57,931 nucleotides of DNA from Pyrodictiaceae archaeon (lineage in GTDB: Archaea > Thermoproteota > Thermoprotei_A > Sulfolobales > WAQK01): positions 1 through 57,931 of the forward strand of contig WAQK01000027.1 of assembly GCA_015520265.1 (NCBI GenBank), read 5' to 3'. Both the position numbers and the translations under genes were made by a program. Numbering within the stretch: position 1 is the stretch's first letter; each line of letters begins with the position of its first letter. The notes below the pieces were generated by a model, which searched no databases, was not told where the DNA came from, and saw only the letters and a list, made by a program, of their open reading frames with translations. Of the stretch, positions 27,115 to 34,871 are shown piece after piece.

Positions 27115-29185
27115 GAGGCTGGAGGGCGTAGCGGCTGAGAGGGTTAGGAAGGCTGAGGAGATGGCGGTAGAGTACGGTCTTGACCCCGGCACAGGGACCC
27201 CCGTTATAGGCAGGGTTTCCCGGAGCATACCGGCCAGGGTTGACGAGGGGGAGAACATAGTTGTGGCCGAGCTGGATCCCCTCCTGATATTCTCCGAGAA
27301 AGAAGTCCTGCTCTCCGTCCTGTCCATAAACACGTACCTGGGCATAGTTGACGTCAAGACCGGGGAGATAGTAGTAGCCCGCCTGGTGGGGGCTGAGAGG
27401 CTGGACGCAGCCTACGGCGCCTATCCCTCCTCCTTCGAGGTCCCCCGTGTGGAGCTGGAGGAGCCCGAGCCGGGCGCTCTGATAAGCACGCCGCGGGTCC
27501 ATCTGAGGCCTATCCTGATCTATGATCCTGAGACCGGCGAGAACAAGCAGGCCAGCTACATAGTCGATCCCCAGTCCCCTGTCTTCATACCCAACCCGGA
27601 GAAACTGCCCAGCCTCTTGGGCCTGCCCACGGGAAGGGATGTGGCGGTGGTGGGCGCCCTCACCGTGGGTGACAGCCCGATAATAATCAGGTCAGGCGGA
27701 CGGGCCCTGGGGGCCAGGGTAGGCATACCGTTCCATGCACTCCTGAAGCACGTCTTCGTGGTGGGCACCACTGGTGCGGGGAAGACCACGTTCCTGAAAA
27801 ACCTTGTCTACAGCCTAACTAGCAGCGTCGAGGTCTCGGGATCCAGGCCTGTGGTCATGGTTCTCGACGCCAATAGGGACTACCTTGCAACACCCTTCCC
27901 TCCCAAGTGGAGATTCAGGGACGACCTGCTGGGCGAGAGGGAGCGGATGCTGGCCGAAGCGGTCTACGGCAACGGGGAGCCCGGCAGCGGCTATAATCCT
28001 GTGATAATGGTCCCCCTCTCCAAGGACGCTGGGAGCCTGGAGGAGTGGGCCCGCAACTATGTGGAGGATTACGTTGGTGAGATAGCGGAGGCCATGGGCT
28101 ACGGCCTGGAGGTGGTCGGGGTCCGCCTCGAGACTAGGCCCAACGGCTCCGTGGATCATATAGACGTTGAGGCCAGGGTTCCGGGGCTCGGCGGGGCCCG
28201 GTTGTTCAGGCTGGTCCCCTTCGCGCTGGAGTATCGGGGCGATCCCCGGAGAATTCTTTCCATAGACCCCTACATGACCGAGCAGGCCCGCGAACTCCTG
28301 CCCACCATCGTCAAGGCGCTTCGCGAGGTTCTCGACGACAACAGCGTGTTCGTCAAGTGGTTCACCGACAGGTATAGGAGGAAGGCGCAGGACGTGTTCC
28401 AGAGGAGGCTCACTTCGGCGTTGACCAGCATAGATGTGTCGAGCCTGGAGGGGCTGAAGGCCAGCCTGGACAACAGCGACGTCCAGCTCTACTTGAGGGA
28501 CGTTACCGGGATACATCCCAGCACCCTGGACAATATTAGGAGGAGGATCGTGAGCCTCGCAGGGTCAGGTGTCTTCGACGTGCGCCTACCCTCCTCCATG
28601 GGGAGGCTCGTCGTGGGGGAGCCCGACCTGCCCCGCGTCGTAGAGCTGGCCGACCAGCTGGACCGCCTAGTCATAGTGGATCTCTCCTACGCCTACAGGA
28701 CGGCGGAAGAGAAAGGGGAGGTGGAGCCCGACACCATTGTCAACATGCTGGCCTACTTCGTGCTCTCCAAGCTGCTCGGCTACGTCGAGCAGAGGGCGCG
28801 GCGCATGGTCCTTGTGGTGGACGAAGCCCACAGCTTCTTCCCAGCCGAGAGGGGCCAGAGGGTCAGCGAGTACGCCGCCAGGGTCGCGGGGCTCATAACG
28901 AGGCTCGCCAGGCTGGGCAGGAGCAGGGGCCTCGGGATAGTGTTCGCAACCCATAGTATAAGGGATGTCAACGACAGGATACTCCTGCTCACCAACACCA
29001 AGGTGGTGTTCAGAGTCGACGAGGCCATGGCAGCAGCGCTGGACCTCCCGCCCGAGTACCGCAGGATCGTGCCCATGATGGGGGACAGGGTGGGCGTGAT
29101 CAAGTCCTACTACCTCAGGGGAGGGATAGTCAGCTTCCGCACGCCCATGCCGTTCCTGGGGCACCGGGACATATCAGCAGCCTAG
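27095..29185 (+). CDS. herA: HerA/FtsK-class (DUF87-type) hexameric ATPase, enlarged
   Basis: 696 aa, TTG start, overlapping the NurA-like ORF by 20 nt. Contains Walker A 'VVGTTGAGKTTF', Walker B 'LVVDEAHSFF', and 'GIVFATHSIRDV'. Confidence 0.7.
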   Translation: MDVEKLRRLEGVAAERVRKAEEMAVEYGLDPGTGTPVIGRVSRSIPARVDEGENIVVAELDPLLIFSEKEVLLSVLSINTYLGIVDVKTGEIVVARLVGAERLDAAYGAYPSSFEVPRVELEEPEPGALISTPRVHLRPILIYDPETGENKQASYIVDPQSPVFIPNPEKLPSLLGLPTGRDVAVVGALTVGDSPIIIRSGGRALGARVGIPFHALLKHVFVVGTTGAGKTTFLKNLVYSLTSSVEVSGSRPVVMVLDANRDYLATPFPPKWRFRDDLLGERERMLAEAVYGNGEPGSGYNPVIMVPLSKDAGSLEEWARNYVEDYVGEIAEAMGYGLEVVGVRLETRPNGSVDHIDVEARVPGLGGARLFRLVPFALEYRGDPRRILSIDPYMTEQARELLPTIVKALREVLDDNSVFVKWFTDRYRRKAQDVFQRRLTSALTSIDVSSLEGLKASLDNSDVQLYLRDVTGIHPSTLDNIRRRIVSLAGSGVFDVRLPSSMGRLVVGEPDLPRVVELADQLDRLVIVDLSYAYRTAEEKGEVEPDTIVNMLAYFVLSKLLGYVEQRARRMVLVVDEAHSFFPAERGQRVSEYAARVAGLITRLARLGRSRGLGIVFATHSIRDVNDRILLLTNTKVVFRVDEAMAAALDLPPEYRRIVPMMGDRVGVIKSYYLRGGIVSFRTPMPFLGHRDISAA

Positions 29186-29270
29186 ATAACCTGATATGTG
29201 AACGTTACAAGGATATCCAAAACTTTATTAAGAGACTCCTAACCATGCGTGTGCCGAAGGTGCGCGAAGC

Positions 29271-29522
29271 ATGAGCGACTTCATAAAGAATTTGAAAACC
29301 AAGCTTGAGAAGAGCGTAGCCCCCATGGGGTACACGGTTCAGCTGAGGACCTCCAAGTCTTTGAGGATAGTGAAGGACAAGGACACTATTATGACGGTTA
29401 CCGATCGTGGAGAGATGGTGGAGGTCGTCGTCGAGGGTAAGTCGTACACCTACGACAAGTGGTACACATCGGCCGACCAGCTGGCCACAGTGATCACCAA
29501 CTTCTTCGCCCAGCGGCAGTAA
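29271..29522 (+). CDS. Hypothetical small protein
   Basis: 83 aa, ATG start. A TATA-like 'ctttattaag' lies about 40 nt upstream, and a GC hairpin plus T6 tract lie downstream. No family recognised. Confidence 0.5.
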   Translation: MSDFIKNLKTKLEKSVAPMGYTVQLRTSKSLRIVKDKDTIMTVTDRGEMVEVVVEGKSYTYDKWYTSADQLATVITNFFAQRQ

Positions 29523-29551
29523 CGTATCTCTGAGGTTTTCCGAGACGCTTA

Positions 29552-29569
29552 CCCCCTGGGGGCTTTTTT
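29552..29569 (+). terminator. Short GC hairpin followed by a T6 tract
   Basis: 'ccccctgggggc' followed by 'tttttt', starting 30 nt after the stop of the 83-aa gene. Confidence 0.45.
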
Positions 29570-29714
29570 GCCTAAAACTCTACTATTTCCGCCGGACCCT
29601 CCGAGGCGCTACTAGTCATGCCGTGGCCTCATGAACGTTGCCTGTCCTGTACAGCCAGCTTCTTTGGAGGCGCCAGGGAAGGCTTATTAACGCCGAAAAA
29701 CACCATAGTCCCGG

Positions 29715-29732
29715 TGTTGACACGTGTCAACA
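29715..29732. promoter_or_regulatory. Perfect 18-bp palindrome TGTTGACACGTGTCAACA abutting the ATG of the DUF438-type sensor gene
   Basis: I verified the self-complementarity by hand. A TATA-like 'cttattaa' at 29683-29690 places the expected transcription start near the left arm of the palindrome. The ATG at 29733 follows immediately. Confidence 0.5.
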
Positions 29733-31040
29733 ATGTCTGAGCGGGAGAAAATCGAGGCGCTCAAAGAGATCATCAGGAGCATCCATAGGGGCGCCAGCAT
29801 CGAGGAGCTGAAGAAAAAGTACGGCCAAATCCTCTCAAGGATCTCGCCCTTCGAGATACCCCTAATAGAGCAGCAGCTGGTCAACGAGGGCATGCCTGTA
29901 TCCGAGATATTGAAGCTGTGCGACCTCCACGTGGAGCTTTTCAGGGAGCACCTCATGGGCAGAAGCCTTAGCGGCGTTCCTGAGGGGCACCCTCTGGACC
30001 TCCTCGTCAGGGAGAACGAGCATATCCTGAGATACGCCGAGGTCCTCAGCACCTACGCCGGAGCCCTACTCAAGGCCGGGGACGAGGAGGCCAGGAGGAG
30101 GATCCTGGGCAACCTGCGCGATATCCTGGGAGAACTAAGGAAGATCCGGACACACTATAGGAAGAACCAGATGCTGATATTCCCCTACCTGGAGCGGAGA
30201 GGCATAGTAGCGGTGCCCAGGGTTCTCTGGGGCAGGGAGGACCAGGTCATTGTGAAGCTAAGGGAGCTCTACACGCTCCTGGAGCAGGCTGAAAGGGAGC
30301 CGGAGAAATACGCGACCAGGCTGGCCGAAGAGGCCGTTGCACTGTCCAGGGAAATAGGCGAGCTAGTGTTCAGGGAGAACAAGATCCTCTACCCAGCCAC
30401 CTGGGCCCTCTTCTCCGAGGGCGAGTGGGCTGCCATCCACGAGATCGCCAAGGACATAGGATACATTGTCGAGCTGACCGCCGAGTGGAAGCCGTCGGCA
30501 AAGCCCGTGCTCCCCTACGAGATCAGCGGAGAGGTCACCGAGGAGCAGGTGGAGCGGCTGCCGCCCGAATTCAGGGCAGCGGCGCTGAAGACCATGAAGC
30601 CCGACCCCTACAGGGTTAGGAGGAAGGGCGACCTGGAGCTGGAGACAGGGTTCGCGTCAAAGGAGGAGCTGGAGGCCATTTTCAAGGTCCTACCCATAGA
30701 GCTGACATACGCGGATGCCGAGGACAGGGTGAGGCTGTTCACCAAGAACCTCTACCACAAGGGGTTCCCCCGGACTAAGACCATCCTGTCCAGGAGGATA
30801 GAGTTCTGCCACCCACCCAGGCTGGAGCACCTGGTGAGGAGCGTTGTCGACGACCTCAAGGCTGGCAAGTACGACCACAGGGAGTTCTGGACCAGGCAGG
30901 GCGACAGGATCCTCAGGGTCCTCATAGCTGCTGTCCGCGGCAGGGACGGCGAGTACCTGGGCACCCTCGAGATAGTGGAGGATCTGACCGACGTCGTCAA
31001 CAACCCGGAGGAGGTCAAGAAGAGGATAATGGTGCTGTAG
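29724..31040 (+). CDS. DUF438 / hemerythrin-like / PAS-domain sensor protein
   Basis: 438 aa in the track (GTG); the probable start is ATG 29733 (MSEREKIEALK). An N-terminal helical DUF438-like region is followed by His/Glu-rich helical hemerythrin-like segments ('CDLHVELFREH') and a C-terminal PAS-like domain. Confidence 0.6.
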   Translation: MSTMSEREKIEALKEIIRSIHRGASIEELKKKYGQILSRISPFEIPLIEQQLVNEGMPVSEILKLCDLHVELFREHLMGRSLSGVPEGHPLDLLVRENEHILRYAEVLSTYAGALLKAGDEEARRRILGNLRDILGELRKIRTHYRKNQMLIFPYLERRGIVAVPRVLWGREDQVIVKLRELYTLLEQAEREPEKYATRLAEEAVALSREIGELVFRENKILYPATWALFSEGEWAAIHEIAKDIGYIVELTAEWKPSAKPVLPYEISGEVTEEQVERLPPEFRAAALKTMKPDPYRVRRKGDLELETGFASKEELEAIFKVLPIELTYADAEDRVRLFTKNLYHKGFPRTKTILSRRIEFCHPPRLEHLVRSVVDDLKAGKYDHREFWTRQGDRILRVLIAAVRGRDGEYLGTLEIVEDLTDVVNNPEEVKKRIMVL

Positions 31041-31042
31041 CC

Positions 31043-31444
31043 TTGCGCTCCATCTTCGAGCTAGGCTACAGGTACGTTTTCCCCACGGTCATGCGGATGC
31101 TGGTGGAGGAGCTGGAAAGGCTTGGGATGAGGGAGGCCGAGATAGCTAGGAGGCTCGGCATACCCCGCTCCACGGTATCGAGGTATTTGTCCGGAGAGAG
31201 GGGTGGAAGGCTGGACCTCGGCGATGTGCCAGAGGTAGCATCACTTGTTAAGAGGCTTGCCGCCAGCGTGAGGGAGGGGATCGCAGGGCCTGAGGAGATA
31301 TACTTGGGGGTGACGGAGGCCGCGCTCCAAGCCTTGGCGGCCAAGGTTCTCTGCAGGCAGCACGCCCTGCTGGACCCCCGCCTCGACCCGGAGAGGTGCA
31401 GCGTGTGTCCCACACTCTTCGCAAGCCATGGGGGGTCCGCCTAG
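31043..31444 (+). CDS. HTH transcriptional regulator with C-terminal Cys motif
   Basis: 133 aa. HTH 'EAEIARRLGIPRSTVSRYLSGER'. C-terminal Cys residues occur in 'CRQH...CSVCP'. Starts 3 nt after the sensor gene. Confidence 0.6.
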   Translation: MRSIFELGYRYVFPTVMRMLVEELERLGMREAEIARRLGIPRSTVSRYLSGERGGRLDLGDVPEVASLVKRLAASVREGIAGPEEIYLGVTEAALQALAAKVLCRQHALLDPRLDPERCSVCPTLFASHGGSA

Positions 31445-32556
31445 AGTAGGGGTGCGTCGTAGGCAATTAGGGGCCTGCAGGGGTCGCAGCCCTCGCCGCC
31501 CACGACTATCCAGGACTCGGCGTCGGACCGGTAGCGGGGCTCCAGTTCCAGGAGGACGTTTATCCACCCGGCCTTCACGGCCTCGCATTCCAAGCCGAAC
31601 CCCCTGGTTTCCAGCATCCACCGGTACCCCATGGACTCACCGCTGCCAGGCGCCTCCAGACGCGTGAGCCTGCGGCCGTCCACCACGACCTCCGCTGCCA
31701 CCAGCCGCAGCTGCTCTGCAACCCTGAACCTGTAGCTGAGGGTGTATATGCCCCGGTGGGCCATGGGGTTGGGGAAGCAGGCCACGTAGACTCCTCCCCT
31801 GCCTCTGCATACCACTATCCTCTTGCTGTCCTCCACCTCAAGGTAGACGCTGCCCCCTATGGGAGTGGAGGCCTCCACCTTCTCCTGCACACCCCTGCCC
31901 GGGTAAACGTATACGGCTTCAAGCCCTCCCGGCAGAGGGACCCTGTGCTCCTCGTGCTCCGCATCCTTGCCGTTGATCCTCACAACAACCCTGTAGGGGT
32001 CTCGGGGCGCCACGATGGTGGCGTAGCCTAGGGGCAGGGGCCGCTCGGAGAGCCTTAGTATCCTCCTCGTTTCACGGTACGTTAGGATCCCGTCTCTCCG
32101 GAGGAACCACTCGACCCTCCTGGCCACGAAGTGCTCCAAGCCCGCCAGCCTGCGCAGGAGCCCCGCCAGCTCGTCCACACCCGCCAGCTCCCCGGGGCTG
32201 GGCAAGACCGCGTAAGGGTTAAGCCTCACAACCCCGTACACCCTCCTTGAAGCGTACCAGCGCTCAACCCTGCCCTCAATCCTCCTACCTGCGAGGCCCA
32301 GCCTCTCCAGGCTCCACAGAGCCCTCCTAACCCTCAAGTGGTTAACGCCTAGTTCCTCGGCCAACTCGTCCACCGTGAGCCCCGGACTATCTGTTAATGC
32401 TGTATATATCCTCCAGGCCAGGTCGCTGCGCGGCCCGCAGAGCAGGCTCCTATAGGCCTCCCTGAGCTCCGGCGGAGTCTCCTCCATGCTGCCCCTCCAG
32501 TAAAGGAACACCAAGTCCCTACACCGACCAGATAATTGGGTGGACGGGTAAAACAC
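31441..32556 (-). CDS. Winged-helix (MarR/TrmB-like) protein with a large uncharacterised C-terminal domain
   Basis: 371 aa in the track; the likely start is ATG 32487 (MEETPPEL). wHTH 'GLTVDELAEELGVNHLRVRRALWSLERLGL'. I do not recognise the remaining 250 or so residues. Confidence 0.5.
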   Translation of the reverse strand: MFYPSTQLSGRCRDLVFLYWRGSMEETPPELREAYRSLLCGPRSDLAWRIYTALTDSPGLTVDELAEELGVNHLRVRRALWSLERLGLAGRRIEGRVERWYASRRVYGVVRLNPYAVLPSPGELAGVDELAGLLRRLAGLEHFVARRVEWFLRRDGILTYRETRRILRLSERPLPLGYATIVAPRDPYRVVVRINGKDAEHEEHRVPLPGGLEAVYVYPGRGVQEKVEASTPIGGSVYLEVEDSKRIVVCRGRGGVYVACFPNPMAHRGIYTLSYRFRVAEQLRLVAAEVVVDGRRLTRLEAPGSGESMGYRWMLETRGFGLECEAVKAGWINVLLELEPRYRSDAESWIVVGGEGCDPCRPLIAYDAPLL

Positions 32557-32621
32557 AGTTTCCCTCTAGGCCGCTACACTATTATCCACCCTTCTCACAG
32601 GTATCCGAGGGTGCTTGAAGA

Positions 32622-33440
32622 GTGGGCGAGCCGAGGATCTTGCTAGCCTATTCGCTGAGGGATCTGGCCGGCACCGGAGTCGCCGAGATCCTGAGGGACT
32701 TGCTGGGCATGGAGCGGGTGGGCGAGAACACCTATGAGGCGGGCGGCGTTGTGTTAGCCGGTTTTCCCCGGGACGTCCTGGAATTCGAGGTTGTGGAGCA
32801 GGCCTTCAGCCCCGGCGAAACCATAGTTCTTTCCAGGCATAGGAGCGAGGCCAGAGTGAAGAGCCTCACCGTCCACCACACTGGCAATCCTCTGGCCCAG
32901 GCCCTAGCTGGGGGCAGGCCTAGGGAGCTCGGCGTAGCCAATCCGCCCAGGGCTAAGCAGCTCCTACAGCTCCTGGCCGAGAAGGCGGAGGAGGCTGGGA
33001 TCGCCGGTGAGTTCGAGGTCACCCTTGAAGTTACGCACCACGGCCCCACCAGCATAGAGGCGCCCATGGTCTTCATTGAGATCGGGAGCAGCGAGGAGGA
33101 GTGGAGGGATCCGCGGGCCCGCAGGGTTGTCGCGGAGACCGTGGCTGAGGCGCTTTCGAGGCGGCTTCCCGACTGCAGGCCAGCGGCAGGCTTCGGCGGA
33201 GGCCACTATGCGAGGAAGCACACCGGGGTTATGCTGGAAACCGACATATGCTACGGCCACATATACGCCAAGTACGTGTTCAAGGCTGGCGTAGACGACC
33301 ACATGCTCGGCCAGGCCTTCACCAGGTCCAGGCCACGTGCCATGTTAGCGGTGGTGGAGAAGAAGGGGGTCAATTCCAGGGATAGGGCCCGGATCGCCCG
33401 CGTGGCCGAGGCTCTCGGAGCAGAGGTTACCTACATCTAA
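32622..33440 (+). CDS. dtdA: D-aminoacyl-tRNA deacylase, archaeal DTD2 type
   Basis: 272 aa. The size, the N-terminal 'ILLAYSLRDLAGTG', and 'LTVHHTGNP' are consistent with the DTD2 family. Confidence 0.7.
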   Translation: MGEPRILLAYSLRDLAGTGVAEILRDLLGMERVGENTYEAGGVVLAGFPRDVLEFEVVEQAFSPGETIVLSRHRSEARVKSLTVHHTGNPLAQALAGGRPRELGVANPPRAKQLLQLLAEKAEEAGIAGEFEVTLEVTHHGPTSIEAPMVFIEIGSSEEEWRDPRARRVVAETVAEALSRRLPDCRPAAGFGGGHYARKHTGVMLETDICYGHIYAKYVFKAGVDDHMLGQAFTRSRPRAMLAVVEKKGVNSRDRARIARVAEALGAEVTYI

Positions 33441-33479
33441 ATTATCTCGGCTACGTAAGGGTTTCCTGAGGGACCTGTT

Positions 33480-34823
33480 TTGAGGAGATGGCTGAGCTAC
33501 GCGCCCCTACTCCTTATTGTCGCGGCTTCAGCCGCGTGGTACCTCCACCTGACGTCGCGGTACGGGATGCTCCCCGGAATAGATGGCCCCTACTACGCGA
33601 TCCAGGTTAGGAGTATAGCGGAGGGCGGCGGCCTCAAATATCCTGACCCACCCCTAACCTTTTACGCCATGTACCTGGCATACCTGGCCACCGGAAACGT
33701 GTTCATGGGGGTCCGCCTAGTGGTCTCCGCTGCCACGGCCCTTGCGGCGATCCCCCTATACGTCCTGGCGGAGAGAATTACTGGCTCCCGCCTAGCGGCC
33801 CTGGCCTCGGCCCTAGTCTTCCTCCTGTCTCCCCACGAGTTCAGGCTTCTCGGAGACTTTATGAAGAACTCCACCGGGCTTCTCTGGCTCTCAACCTACC
33901 TTCTACTGACGCACCGTTACATTCTTTCGCCCGGCTCCTCCAAGCGCTCCATGCTGGCTGCAGGCCTTCTCAGCTTCTCGCTCTTCATGCTTGCCGGCCT
34001 CACCCACGTGCTGGTCTACGGGTTCATGACGGCCTACACGTTGATTCTCATAGGCCTTCAACTCGCCGTGGGCGGGAGGAGGGCTTTCTATGAGGGGTTG
34101 GCAGGCCTGGCTGCGAGCCTGACGGTCTTCTACAAGTTCCCGTGGTTGCAGGGCGGGGATCTGGGGAAGGCTCTGGGCATTGCTTCAAGAATATTCTCCT
34201 CACTGACGGGATACGCGGTTGCACCCCTCAACGCACCTGCGCCTCCGCCCCCCTTCCAGGCGTCGCAGTTCCTGCTACTGGACTGGCTTGCCGTTTCCCT
34301 CCTCCTGCTGGGCTCACTCATCCTCTACAGGAGGGGTGTGCGTAGAGGAGCATTGCTTGTGGCTGCGCTGGGCCTCACTACGCTGTTCTTCACGCTCCCC
34401 GTTATACCGCGGCAATACCTCTTCCGCTTCCAGCTTATGGGCGGCGTGCCTCTCGCGGCTGCGCTGGGCCTAGCCGTTGGGCTTCAAAGCAGGCCTGATT
34501 CACAGATATTCTTAGCGGTGGCCCTGGTGGGCCTCATACTGGTCTCGGGACTCCCGGCATCCGCCCAGGTGGCGCCTAGCATACCGCCTGAAGCCTACTC
34601 CGAGCTCCACATCATAGTGGAGAAGGCGTCGCGCCTGGATCCGGATGCATGCTACCTGGCCAGGAACGTCAGGATCAAGTACTGGCTGGAAACCTTGGCC
34701 AGCCGCGTCAACGAGGATCCCGGCCTTTGCAGGACGCTCGTAGCGGTAGACTATGCTTCGAGAATGCCGCCTAATGCCAGGACTTTGTTCGTGGGCCGCA
34801 TCCTCGCCGCGTGGATCCGGTAG
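33480..34823 (+). CDS. Polytopic membrane protein (possibly a GT-C/ArnT-like glycosyltransferase)
   Basis: 447 aa with more than 10 hydrophobic helices. The functional suggestion rests on topology only. Confidence 0.4.
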   Translation: MRRWLSYAPLLLIVAASAAWYLHLTSRYGMLPGIDGPYYAIQVRSIAEGGGLKYPDPPLTFYAMYLAYLATGNVFMGVRLVVSAATALAAIPLYVLAERITGSRLAALASALVFLLSPHEFRLLGDFMKNSTGLLWLSTYLLLTHRYILSPGSSKRSMLAAGLLSFSLFMLAGLTHVLVYGFMTAYTLILIGLQLAVGGRRAFYEGLAGLAASLTVFYKFPWLQGGDLGKALGIASRIFSSLTGYAVAPLNAPAPPPPFQASQFLLLDWLAVSLLLLGSLILYRRGVRRGALLVAALGLTTLFFTLPVIPRQYLFRFQLMGGVPLAAALGLAVGLQSRPDSQIFLAVALVGLILVSGLPASAQVAPSIPPEAYSELHIIVEKASRLDPDACYLARNVRIKYWLETLASRVNEDPGLCRTLVAVDYASRMPPNARTLFVGRILAAWIR

Positions 34824-34871
34824 ATGTGGAAGCATTAATTTACTCCAAGCCTGCCTGAATGCCTGGGGTGC

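Noticed and set aside
27815-28516. A 233-aa antisense ORF within the HerA-like gene.
   Set aside because: It has no recognisable motif and a Pro/Gly/Leu-rich shadow-frame composition. The sense frame carries Walker A/B motifs on either side of it.
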